Part shown: piece after piece, positions 39,925 to 49,432 of the stretch
Position numbering within the stretch: the first letter of the stretch is position 1
How the letters are laid out: the number at the start of each line of letters is the position of its first letter
Source of the DNA: an uncultured delta proteobacterium
GTDB lineage: Bacteria > Desulfobacterota > Desulfomonilia > UBA1062
Reading direction: 5' to 3'
Length of the DNA: 64,000 nucleotides
NCBI GenBank assembly: GCA_963798485.1
Contig: CAWCTR010000020.1
Span: 32,001 to 96,000, forward strand
Translations under genes and position numbers: made by a program
The notes under the pieces: model-generated
The model's database searches: none
What the model saw: the letters and a program-made list of their open reading frames with translations, nothing else
Told to the model about the DNA's origin: nothing

Positions 39925-41307
39925 GTGACCCGCGTGGGTGAATTTGACGATCTTATAAAGGAATTTGTAACCGAATCTAAAGAACATATCGCTGACATTG
40001 AGGACGATCTCATAAAGATCGAGGCCGACATGGAACAGGTGGACCCCGAGGTCATTAACCGGGTGTTCAGGGCGGCCCATTCCATCAAGGGCAGCTCGAA
40101 ATTTCTGGACCTCAACAATATCGGCGATCTCGCACACAAGATGGAGGACGTACTCAACCTCATCCGCTCAGGAAAGCTGGTACCAACCAGCGATGTGGCC
40201 GGGCCCCTGCTTATAGCTGCTGACATGTTGAAAAATATGCTGGAAGATGTGACCTCCAGCAATGATATGGATATCTCAGAGCATCTCATATTGCTCCAGA
40301 ATATCCTTACCACAGATGCCGCATTTCAGAAGAAATCTCAGAAGCCGGGAAACGCCGTCCGTTCGGACGATACTCTTTCAATCTTCGACATCAACATGGA
40401 TATCATCAAGACTAAACTCGACTCGTTTCAAGTCTTTATCCTGACCATAGATACAGCCCAAGGCGATATAGACCATATCATGTCCGAACTCAAGAATTTG
40501 GGCGAGGTCATTGCCCAGAAGACTACGGCGGACAATAAACTTGTAATGCTTTTTGCCACCATAATGGAGTCCGACATGGTCCAGCTCTCCTTGGGTCTCG
40601 ACAAGGATTCGTTCACCCAGGTGACGGAAGGAATGCTCAACCCAAAGGCCAGGCAGACACCTCAACCTAAGTCTGAAGCCCAGGATAACCCGGCACCAAA
40701 ACCGGTCCCGAAGGCCGCCAAACCAGCGAGCACGAAACCGATTGTCGTGAAAGAGACACAAGATGATGCGCGTGAATACAGATCTATATCGTATGATGAG
40801 TCTGTGGCCAAGCAGATGATCGACTCTCTCAAGAAGGATGTGCAGGCTGCCAAGGAGGAAGAAAATACCTCGTTTATCACCTTCACGCTCGACAGCGAAC
40901 TCTATGCCGTACCTATCCAGACTATCGAGGAGATAATCGGCCTACAGGAGATGAGCCTGCTGCCCAATGTCGCGAATTTCATCAAGGGTGTCATTAATCT
41001 TCGTGGTGAGATTGTCCCCATCATGGACCTCAGACTCAAGTTCGGCCTCGAAGCCAAAGAATATACCCCCTTCACCGTTTTCCTCATCGTGAGGGTAGAC
41101 GAACGGCTCATGGGTATGGTTGTAGACAATGTGGCCGATGTGCTCGTCATCGAGCCGACCAAGGTCCAGAAAAAACCGGCATTCTCAGCCAAGATCTCTA
41201 CTGATTTTATAAACGGTGTCTATAAGGACACCCAGGAAGACCTGGTGATACTGGTGGATGTTCCTTCCCTCATCAAACCTGAGGAGTGGGATTTGGCATA
41301 TATCTGA
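39925..41307 (+). CDS. Hpt + P2-like + CheW fusion lacking a kinase domain
   Basis: FRAAHSIKG Hpt motif; Pro/Lys linker; CheW GVINLRGEIVPIMDLR. Confidence 0.85.
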   Translation: MTRVGEFDDLIKEFVTESKEHIADIEDDLIKIEADMEQVDPEVINRVFRAAHSIKGSSKFLDLNNIGDLAHKMEDVLNLIRSGKLVPTSDVAGPLLIAADMLKNMLEDVTSSNDMDISEHLILLQNILTTDAAFQKKSQKPGNAVRSDDTLSIFDINMDIIKTKLDSFQVFILTIDTAQGDIDHIMSELKNLGEVIAQKTTADNKLVMLFATIMESDMVQLSLGLDKDSFTQVTEGMLNPKARQTPQPKSEAQDNPAPKPVPKAAKPASTKPIVVKETQDDAREYRSISYDESVAKQMIDSLKKDVQAAKEEENTSFITFTLDSELYAVPIQTIEEIIGLQEMSLLPNVANFIKGVINLRGEIVPIMDLRLKFGLEAKEYTPFTVFLIVRVDERLMGMVVDNVADVLVIEPTKVQKKPAFSAKISTDFINGVYKDTQEDLVILVDVPSLIKPEEWDLAYI

Positions 41308-41319
41308 TCTTATATCAGA

Positions 41320-41808
41320 TCAATGTTTTTTAGGCATAATGAATGAGTAGATAAGTAGGCCCACCATACCACTTGAGATCCAGGTGTCTGCCATATTGAA
41401 GGTGGGCCACTGAAACCGCCCAATGTGAAAGAGTAAGAAATCCACTACCTCACCCCACAGGAGCCTGTCTGTAAGGTTTCCCAGGGCACCGGCGATGATC
41501 AGGCTGAATATGGCCTTGAGCATCCATGAATCCTCACTCATCCTCCAGAAAAGAATGAACATTGCACTGCATGCAATTATAGTGATGACTGCAAAAAACA
41601 GGGTCCGGTAGGACATTGGAAGTCCTTGCAGCATGCCGAAGGCTGCACCGGTGTTCCTGGCGTGGATAATGTTGAAGAACCTGGGGATCACGATAAAACT
41701 CGAGCCGATCTCCATGCGGGTGTAGATTAACCATTTGGTCCACTGGTCTATAAGATAACAGGGAAGAGCCAGGAACCCTATCCACACTGCCATGGTCTTT
41801 ATCTTCAT
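41320..41808 (-). CDS. lspA: Lipoprotein signal peptidase II
   Basis: DQWTK, NTGAAFG, GALGNLTDR, VVDF, FNMAD. Confidence 0.96.
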   Translation of the reverse strand: MKIKTMAVWIGFLALPCYLIDQWTKWLIYTRMEIGSSFIVIPRFFNIIHARNTGAAFGMLQGLPMSYRTLFFAVITIIACSAMFILFWRMSEDSWMLKAIFSLIIAGALGNLTDRLLWGEVVDFLLFHIGRFQWPTFNMADTWISSGMVGLLIYSFIMPKKH

Positions 41809-42053
41809 TTCATTTCCTATTCCTGTTCTTTTCTTGCTTAAGATAGTAAGATAGATTGTTCAATACAGTCATCACAAAGCACAAACAACCGTGGCACGCA
41901 AGATCAAAGAACTTTATCAAAAGGCTTAAGCCTGATTCTTATGATTCAAATTTGTAACCTGCCTTGAGATATGCCTGTTTCATCCGACAAAGTCTTAAGA
42001 GCCCTTATCACGCTATCTTGTAAGAGCGACAGCATCTGAAGGAGGTAAGTTTC

Positions 42054-42902
42054 ATGAAGGTCATAAAAACATCTTTTGTTCGTATTTTTTTCCTCATTCT
42101 GATGTGCTTTTTCATGAGCAGCATGGCCTTTGCAGAAAAAACTCTGGTAGTTGCTGTCAATGCAAACTGCCCACCCATGCAGATAAAAGACGGGAAAGGG
42201 AACGTGAGCGGTTACGAGATTGATCTCTTGAAGGCCCTTGCTGCCGAGGCCGGTTTTAAGGTCAAGCTGGTGAATGTTCCATGGAGAAACATCTTTAATG
42301 AACTGGGTGCAGGCAAATACGATGCAATTATGGCCTCTGTAAGCATTACGGATGGGAGAAAGGAGAAGTATGCCTTTTCCGATCCCTATTTTACGGCCGA
42401 GCAGATCCTCCTTGTACCCAAGGCAAAGGCAAGTGATAAACTTCAGGGTAAGACAATGGCTGTCTTCAAATTAACAACAGGCGCTGAAGCGGTCAGAAGC
42501 ACCCAGGGCTGCAACATTACATACTATACGGTTGATGAGACCGAACAAGCATTCAAGGACTTGTCAAAGGGCTTTGTTGACGGCATTCTCTGTGACTCGC
42601 CGGTGGCCTATAATTATGCCGCCAAGTACAATGGCAAGTTCGCCCTTAAGGGTGACGCATGTGCGTTGGCAAAAAAATCAGCGAACGAGGATTATGGGAT
42701 AGTAGTCAAGAAAGGCGACACTGAAACCCTCGACCTCATTAACAAAGGCCTCAAGGCGGTTAAAGAAAAGGGCATTGAAGCAAAAATCAAAGACAAGTGG
42801 TTCAAGGATATCCTCCTTGCCTCCGGAGTAAAGACTCAAGACTCTATCCTGGCTTCCGAGATAATGACAGGTCCCCAGAATTCACCGGCGTCTGGTAAAT
42901 AG
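42054..42902 (+). CDS. Amino-acid ABC transporter substrate-binding protein (family 3), orphan
   Basis: Signal peptide, PPM..GYEIDL, SITDGRKEKYAFSDPY, EDYGIVVKK. Confidence 0.9.
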   Translation: MKVIKTSFVRIFFLILMCFFMSSMAFAEKTLVVAVNANCPPMQIKDGKGNVSGYEIDLLKALAAEAGFKVKLVNVPWRNIFNELGAGKYDAIMASVSITDGRKEKYAFSDPYFTAEQILLVPKAKASDKLQGKTMAVFKLTTGAEAVRSTQGCNITYYTVDETEQAFKDLSKGFVDGILCDSPVAYNYAAKYNGKFALKGDACALAKKSANEDYGIVVKKGDTETLDLINKGLKAVKEKGIEAKIKDKWFKDILLASGVKTQDSILASEIMTGPQNSPASGK

Positions 42903-42931
42903 CATCATGGTTTAAGCGCGTATTCAGCATC

Positions 42932-42975
42932 AAGGGCCTTCTCCGGCTGCTCCGGCCGGAGAAGGCCCTTTTCTC
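42932..42975 (+). terminator. Intrinsic terminator
   Basis: AAGGGCCTTCTCCGGC-N7-GCCGGAGAAGGCCCTT followed by a T-rich tail. Confidence 0.88.
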
Positions 42976-43044
42976 TATTTACTCTAAAAAAATACTGCCA
43001 TCCAAAATTAATAAATTCTGGTAAAAGGATCGATAAGAAGTCTT

Positions 43045-44724
43045 ATGAGAATTATATATCTGACAGATATCCATGGCGATTTTGAACGGGTGAAGAACCT
43101 GCTCTCAGAGACGGTTGCACAGCTCTATATCCTATCCGGTGACATCCTAGACATCCCTTTTTACAATATGGAGACCTCCATTAGGTATTACGAACTCCAG
43201 TCATATTTCCACGGTCTGAGAATGAGCATGAAAGAGGAAGACAAGCTGCTGGAGGACTTTGTAGATCAACTCCTGGAGAGCCCCGATGTCACTGAAGAGA
43301 TCGAGGAAAAGGGGACCAAGTACGAGCAATACACCATCCGGGCCCGCAGGGTGATGCAGCAGAAATATAAGGTTCTGAAGAACATCATATCCATGAAGAA
43401 AAAATCGCGCGTATTGTGCCTGCCCGGGAACTATGACATGGACCTCAAATACACGGCACTGCATGACAATGATCTGCATCTGCACTGGTACAAGCTGGAT
43501 GACTTACGCATATGCGGCTACGGCGGCGCCGAGGTCTGGACACCGGGTATCCCCGAACGATACATTGTAAGGTACCAGGCAGGCATGAACACATACGGGA
43601 AAAGAAATGGGAAGAAAAACGAGATGTACCCCTTTTTCCGGGTGGTAAAACCAGATATCATAGTGGCCCACCAACCGGCTTACGGGGTGAATGACAACAC
43701 AACGGCGGGCGGGGCCTTTGGTTCGCCTGTATTGCGCAGCTACTGCGACGATAACCCGGTCATGCTCTGCCTCACCGGTCATGCCCATGATTCCTGGGGT
43801 GTGGCCTTTCATGAAAACACCTTGTATCTCAACCCCTCCAACTTCGGGGAGGTAACCGGACCTACGGGGGAGGTAGCTGAAGGAGGGTTCTTTTACCAGA
43901 TCGAGACCGAACATCTCAAGGTGAAGGGTATCATCTTTAAAAAATTCTACGATGGCAGGATATTCGACATAGCCGATTACTATCCCGAAGGGAAAAAATG
44001 GGTAGAGAAGATTATCGACCACGACCGCTACGAGGCACTGAAGAACAGAAAGAACTATGATATGAAGGATATCAAGTACTCACATATCCCCCAGATACAG
44101 CTCTTCAAGGAGATCAAACAGTTCTTCAGGATGTTCCAGACCCCTGAGACCGAAGCGCGCGTCGACAAGCTTGAGGAGGTGGCACAGCTGCTGGAAGACA
44201 AGATACCGGGCGACATCGCCATGGATGTCATGGGCTCGGTGAACATGGGAACCTCACAGGCCGGATCCGATATCGACCTGGTTTTATATCTGAGGTGCGG
44301 CCCTTCCTGCACCAAGGGCCATGATGAATGCGAGTTCTCTCAGAATGCGCAATCCATGATCAAGGAATACTTGGGCCATGAGTACGAGCCCCATTTTCTG
44401 GATTGCATCGATTTGGGCCAGGTGGAAAAGAGCATCATGGAAAAGAACTATGAAAGTGAAACCCTCCAGCGCTTCGTCGCCTACCGCTCCATCTGCCGCC
44501 CCATTAATTATCGTGTCATTGCTCCTATCGAGGACATGCTCAATCAGGACATGATATTTAAGAAAGAGATTGAAGGGAGCATCCAGTCTTATATACAAAT
44601 CTTCGCCAATACATCCGAGCACGTAAGGTCGCTCAAGAAATATGAATCCCGGCTGAACGAACTCGGGATAAAGGTGCCCGAATCAGTCAAACGAACGATT
44701 AAGCAATATTTGAACGAAAGCTGA
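43045..44724 (+). CDS. Calcineurin-like metallophosphoesterase fused to a Pol beta-type nucleotidyltransferase domain
   Basis: TDIHGD, SGD, GNYD, AHQP, GHAH; C-terminal VMGSVNMG....SDIDL and a later LDCID. Confidence 0.8.
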   Translation: MRIIYLTDIHGDFERVKNLLSETVAQLYILSGDILDIPFYNMETSIRYYELQSYFHGLRMSMKEEDKLLEDFVDQLLESPDVTEEIEEKGTKYEQYTIRARRVMQQKYKVLKNIISMKKKSRVLCLPGNYDMDLKYTALHDNDLHLHWYKLDDLRICGYGGAEVWTPGIPERYIVRYQAGMNTYGKRNGKKNEMYPFFRVVKPDIIVAHQPAYGVNDNTTAGGAFGSPVLRSYCDDNPVMLCLTGHAHDSWGVAFHENTLYLNPSNFGEVTGPTGEVAEGGFFYQIETEHLKVKGIIFKKFYDGRIFDIADYYPEGKKWVEKIIDHDRYEALKNRKNYDMKDIKYSHIPQIQLFKEIKQFFRMFQTPETEARVDKLEEVAQLLEDKIPGDIAMDVMGSVNMGTSQAGSDIDLVLYLRCGPSCTKGHDECEFSQNAQSMIKEYLGHEYEPHFLDCIDLGQVEKSIMEKNYESETLQRFVAYRSICRPINYRVIAPIEDMLNQDMIFKKEIEGSIQSYIQIFANTSEHVRSLKKYESRLNELGIKVPESVKRTIKQYLNES

Positions 44725-44823
44725 CCAGAGGATTTACTTTTTCTCATAATGGAGCTATAGGGATCTAATGCTCACTTCTTATGACTGCCAAAACCAACGA
44801 GAACGCATCCTAGGACATATACG

Positions 44824-45543
44824 ATGAAAAACTATCTTTATAAGCTCGTCATATATAACGTAACAGACCTGTGCTATAATAACTGCCTGAATTACTTCCC
44901 TTCAGGGTCCCGAATTCTGGACGTAGGTATCGGCAATGGGATGATGCTTCGTAATTACCATGGACTGATTAAATCCAAGAACTTCTCAATCGTAGGCATC
45001 GACATCAACAAAGACTATCTCAGCCACTGCAGCAGTCTTATCAGAAATTGCCGGCTTGAAGACCATATCCGGATTTTTCACGAACCCGTAGAAGGCTATG
45101 AACCTCCTGAGGAGGCTTATTTCGATTACATCCTCTTCAGCATGAGCTTCATGCTTTTTAACGATCAGGAACTCGTGCTCGACCGCGTAAGGAGATGGCT
45201 GAAACCGGGAGGAAAAATACTCTTTTTCCAGACCATGTTCCACAATCGTTCACTGTTCATGGAGTTTATCAAGCCAAAGCTCAAGTATGTCACCACCGTA
45301 GACTTCGGTCGGGTGACTTATGATGACGGTTTCTTCGACCTGCTCAGAAAAAAGAAGTTGAACATCGACGAAGACAGACTCATCAAAAGAGAATGGTTCA
45401 AGGGCGAGTACCGGCTCATTATATCAAGCCCTGGAAACGGCAAGGCTGTGGAAGGTGTGCTGAAGAGTGCGCCCGGAATCAGGCCTACTTTTCTGAATCC
45501 TGTTCCGCAGAGAAAAGCGGAAAGGAAATCAAAAATAATCTGA
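44824..45543 (+). CDS. Class I SAM-dependent methyltransferase
   Basis: ILDVGIGNG, GIDIN, FDYILFS, WLKPGG. Confidence 0.88.
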   Translation: MKNYLYKLVIYNVTDLCYNNCLNYFPSGSRILDVGIGNGMMLRNYHGLIKSKNFSIVGIDINKDYLSHCSSLIRNCRLEDHIRIFHEPVEGYEPPEEAYFDYILFSMSFMLFNDQELVLDRVRRWLKPGGKILFFQTMFHNRSLFMEFIKPKLKYVTTVDFGRVTYDDGFFDLLRKKKLNIDEDRLIKREWFKGEYRLIISSPGNGKAVEGVLKSAPGIRPTFLNPVPQRKAERKSKII

Positions 45544-45566
45544 AGTTAAGAACCTTGGTAAAGATA

Positions 45567-46037
45567 ATGACCCAGGGATTCTTTAAGAAATATGTCATCT
45601 CACCCATTATTTCTCTATTGAAGCAGGGTCTTACGCCCCAGATACTGGCGATGAGCATGACAAGCGGCATCATCATTGGAACCTTCCCCCTTGTTGGCAC
45701 CACCACTGCAATCTGTACTATGGCGGCAATCTTGTTTCGCATGAACCTCCTTGTGATTCAGCTTGGCAACTGGCTGGTATACCCCATCCAGCTCTTGCTT
45801 ATCGTGCCCTTTATCGTACTGGGCGAGCACCTTTTCGGGTCGCCATCCACCCTTGACCCAACTCACATAGTAACCTTGCTTCATACCGATCTCTGGACAA
45901 CCCTTAGACTCTTCTCAAAAATGATCCTGCACGCGGCCATTGCATGGATGATCTGTGCGCCCTTTGCATTTGCAGCCATTTATATAGTACTCAAAAGCCT
46001 CTTCAAGTTTCTCCATACCCGTATGGTACAGGGCTGA
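45567..46037 (+). CDS. DUF2062-like membrane protein
   Basis: LLKQGLTP..GTFPLVGTTT..FRMN..NWLVYP. Confidence 0.75.
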   Translation: MTQGFFKKYVISPIISLLKQGLTPQILAMSMTSGIIIGTFPLVGTTTAICTMAAILFRMNLLVIQLGNWLVYPIQLLLIVPFIVLGEHLFGSPSTLDPTHIVTLLHTDLWTTLRLFSKMILHAAIAWMICAPFAFAAIYIVLKSLFKFLHTRMVQG

Positions 46038-46039
46038 GT

Positions 46040-46597
46040 ATGAAGCAAACGGACCGCATTCTTCTCCATGTGTGCTGCGCACCCTGCTCTACCGCTGTAG
46101 TGGAGAGGCTTCAGGAACAAGGCTATGATATTATTTTGTTCTTCAGCAACTCCAACATCCACCCGAAAGATGAGTATGACAAACGCCTGGCTGAGGCCGG
46201 AAAAATCGCTTCAATTCAAGGACTGGAGCTTATTATAGACGAGTATGACCACCAATCATGGCTGGACCACATACACGGCCTTGAAAACGAGCCCGAGCGT
46301 GGAAAGCGTTGCATCAAGTGCTTTGAGTACAACCTGAACAGGACTGCTATTATGGCGCAGCAGCTCGGCATCCCAGGCTTTACCACTACACTCACGGTAA
46401 GCCGACACAAGTCATCCAGAGACATCTTTTCCATTGGAAGCACCCTTAAGGGTTTCCTGGCCATGGACTTTAAGAAGCAAGACGGCTATTCCCGCAGCAT
46501 TGTTCTTACCAAACAGTTTGAGCTCTATCGCCAGGGGTATTGCGGGTGTGAGTTCAGTAAAAGCAAAATGAATCCGGTAGAACTTGATATCGTCTAA
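46040..46597 (+). CDS. queH: Epoxyqueuosine reductase QueH
   Basis: LLHVCCAPCS, NIHP, EPERGKRCIKCF, FTTTL, LYRQGYCGCEFS. Confidence 0.92.
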   Translation: MKQTDRILLHVCCAPCSTAVVERLQEQGYDIILFFSNSNIHPKDEYDKRLAEAGKIASIQGLELIIDEYDHQSWLDHIHGLENEPERGKRCIKCFEYNLNRTAIMAQQLGIPGFTTTLTVSRHKSSRDIFSIGSTLKGFLAMDFKKQDGYSRSIVLTKQFELYRQGYCGCEFSKSKMNPVELDIV

Positions 46598-46677
46598 AAA
46601 AGCTGGGGGTTCAAGAATCTGATTCTTCATAGTAAATGCATTTGACAGGTGTAAAAAAATTCTAGGAGGCATCTCCA

Positions 46678-46902
46678 ATGGCCGGAAAAATATTCTATAG
46701 AGAGCGGACAAAGGCAAAGGAAGGCGAGAAGAAGCCCAGGTTCTATCTGGTTGCCGTGGCTGGACTCGATCTGAGATTCCATGCTAAGCATGTGCGCAAG
46801 GCTGAACTTGACCGGATTGCAAAAGAACTCGGGGCAGAGCTGATCCTCCTTGAGCGTGATGAGGAAGGAAAGTACGGCACTGAAGATGTGGAGATAAAAT
46901 AG
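46678..46902 (+). CDS. Small hypothetical protein upstream of the Mo storage gene
   Basis: AGGAGG RBS, 74 aa, co-oriented with 46946..47779. Confidence 0.7.
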   Translation: MAGKIFYRERTKAKEGEKKPRFYLVAVAGLDLRFHAKHVRKAELDRIAKELGAELILLERDEEGKYGTEDVEIK

Positions 46903-46945
46903 CCTGTTAAATCTTTTCGAATTACCACTACTGAAAGGTGATTGC

Positions 46946-47779
46946 ATGTCCCTGGTAAGAGAAAGAGATGGTAAGCGCCTGCATATAAAGAGCAGGCTCA
47001 TGGGCGAGAGCCTGGTGAGGAAATCGCTGTATGATGATATGGACATACCTCCGCAGCTCCGGTTATTTCCTGACGTGAATGTGGTGAAGATCGGCGGCCA
47101 GTCCATATGTGACCGTGGGATTAAAGCCCTACCTGCCATCATCAAGGAAATCGCCTCTGTGAAGAAAAAGCACAAAATCCTGCTCACTACAGGCGGCGGT
47201 ACGAGGAGCAGGCATATCTACACCATCGGCATAGAGTTGGGCATGCCCACAGGTATCATTGCCAAATTCGCCAGCACAATATCCGAGCAGAACGCCCTGC
47301 TGGTTGCTACGCTTCTGGCCCCGTGGGACGGCATCCGCATTCATCAGGACGACATCCTGAAACTGCCTACATATTTTTCACAGGGGTGTATACCGGTCAC
47401 CCACGGCATGCCGCCTTATGACTATTTCGCGCTCCCCCCGGAACACGGGAGGCTGCCGATGCACCGGACCGATGCAGGAACGCTGCTCATGGCCAATCTC
47501 ATCGGCGCCAGAAGCTGCATACTGGTCAAGGATGAAGATGGCCTCTACACAGACAACCCCAAGACCAATCCAAAGGCAGACTTTATCCCCGAGATCGGGG
47601 CCAAAAAGCTCATGAAGATGGATCTCGAAGACCTGGTCATCGAGCGATCATGCCTGGAGATCCTCCAGAACAGCGAGGCTCTGGACAAGATCCAGATCAT
47701 CAACGGGCTCAAGAAGGGGAACATAACCAAGGCGCTTCAGGGCAGGCACGTCGGTACCATTATCTTCAAAGAAAAATAA
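46946..47779 (+). CDS. Molybdenum storage protein-like (amino acid kinase fold, MosB/MosA-like)
   Basis: VKIGGQS..DRG, TGGGTRSRH, GMPPY, HRTDAG, VKDEDGLYT.NPKT, GRHVGTII match recalled Azotobacter MoSto motifs. Confidence 0.82.
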   Translation: MSLVRERDGKRLHIKSRLMGESLVRKSLYDDMDIPPQLRLFPDVNVVKIGGQSICDRGIKALPAIIKEIASVKKKHKILLTTGGGTRSRHIYTIGIELGMPTGIIAKFASTISEQNALLVATLLAPWDGIRIHQDDILKLPTYFSQGCIPVTHGMPPYDYFALPPEHGRLPMHRTDAGTLLMANLIGARSCILVKDEDGLYTDNPKTNPKADFIPEIGAKKLMKMDLEDLVIERSCLEILQNSEALDKIQIINGLKKGNITKALQGRHVGTIIFKEK

Positions 47780-47978
47780 TCATACCTATAGGAATCATAT
47801 GGAAATCTTTCTATCCTGTTCTGGTTGTATTATCTTACTGGAGGTATGCCGTTGTTGGGTCTTGCTCTAGATATTTAAGAGGCAGGAGGGGCGGCATATT
47901 TGAAACCGAGTTAGGTGATTGTTTTGTGAAGATGTATGGGAGAAAGCGGAAGATTTTTAGAGGAGAAACGGGATATTT

Positions 47979-49427
47979 TTACATTTCCCCGAATGCTGCC
48001 ATATCCTGCAGGAAAAACTTCGCAGGCTGGATTCCAAGCACTGAGGAGGGTATGCTCTTCACGATGTTCCTTCGAGGTAAACTTTTATTCATGCCTTGAG
48101 CTGCAAGATTGACCATTTCACCCTCGGTCATGCCGCCTTTACCATCATCCACGAGAAGCACAAGCAGGGGGAGGGCCTTTTCGGATTCGTCCGGGTAATC
48201 CATGACCAGACCGATTTCGCCGCTGTCCAGTTCTACGACTGAACCGATAGGGTATATGCCGATCATGAATATGAAGTTCTTCAATAAGATCGTATCGAAA
48301 TTTTTCTCCCTCTCGCTCCACATGCGCCTCAAGGCTTCATTATGGGTGAATGCCCTGGGACGGTATCTTCGATCCGAGGTTAGTGCCTCATATACATCCA
48401 CGATATGCAAGATATTCCCAAAAAGACTCATTTTCTTCATAAAATGGGTTTTGGGATATCCGGAAAGATCGGGGTTCAGATGATGCTCGAGAGGCCCGAG
48501 AATTATCTTCGATTTCAGGGAATGAGGTGCTTGTAATTTGAGAATTTTCCTCACACCTATAAGTGGATGTTTTCTCATTATATCCCACTCCTCATTATTC
48601 AGCTCACCGGGTTTGAGAAGGATATCTTTCGATATTTCCACCTTCCCCAAGTCATGAAATAGTCCGCAGACGACAAGGTGTTCAAGCAAGACCTGAGACA
48701 AACCCAAATGTCTTCCCAGGGATGTGGCAAGCAAGGCGACATTTACAGAGTGGGTATAGGTGTAATCATCGTAGTCTCTGATCGTAGACAGCCCCAGCAT
48801 GAGGGTGCTATCCTCCTCGACCAGATCCACAATGGTCTGGGCAAGACGTCTCGCCTTACGAACACCAGCAATGCCCTTTGAGGCTTTCTCAGCTATTTCT
48901 TTCACTGATTCCAGAGCATGATAGTATGCATACCAGGCCTTCTCTTTTCCCTGCATACCAAGATCCTTCGGGCCTCCCTCCTGTTTCCTGAAGATCTCCA
49001 CCCATGAGAAATCATTTCCTTCCAGTTGTTGATCGAGCCAACCAGCAGGGTCTTCGTGTGCAACCGATGCGTTGAGGATACGTGTAAATGCAACGAGATC
49101 CTCGGGTAAAACGCTTCCAAAAGATGAAAGAAAACTTAGACCTCTGAGTCCGCGCTCAGAGAAATATTCCAACATCTCATTGATGATGTGGAGGTTCTCC
49201 CTTTGAAAAAGAATTTTTTCGTCTTGTATATGGAATCTTCCCCGCCAGATCTGGATGGTTACGGCCTCTTCTCGAGACAAATCAGAAATGGCGTTATTGA
49301 ATTGTGTAACACAGTCCTTGATTAATTGATTGTTATCCTGGTGAATCCTTACGGTATTGATGATATGATACAAGGCCGTTATCAGCCTTCCTTCCAAAAG
49401 TCCAGGTTGTGTCTTTTGATCCGACAT
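47979..49427 (-). CDS. HD-GYP domain protein
   Basis: DDYTYTHSVNV, FHDLGK, EHH...DLSGYP; start ATG 49427 (MSDQK). Confidence 0.9.
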   Translation of the reverse strand: MSDQKTQPGLLEGRLITALYHIINTVRIHQDNNQLIKDCVTQFNNAISDLSREEAVTIQIWRGRFHIQDEKILFQRENLHIINEMLEYFSERGLRGLSFLSSFGSVLPEDLVAFTRILNASVAHEDPAGWLDQQLEGNDFSWVEIFRKQEGGPKDLGMQGKEKAWYAYYHALESVKEIAEKASKGIAGVRKARRLAQTIVDLVEEDSTLMLGLSTIRDYDDYTYTHSVNVALLATSLGRHLGLSQVLLEHLVVCGLFHDLGKVEISKDILLKPGELNNEEWDIMRKHPLIGVRKILKLQAPHSLKSKIILGPLEHHLNPDLSGYPKTHFMKKMSLFGNILHIVDVYEALTSDRRYRPRAFTHNEALRRMWSEREKNFDTILLKNFIFMIGIYPIGSVVELDSGEIGLVMDYPDESEKALPLLVLLVDDGKGGMTEGEMVNLAAQGMNKSLPRRNIVKSIPSSVLGIQPAKFFLQDMAAFGEM

Positions 49428-49432
49428 GTTTT

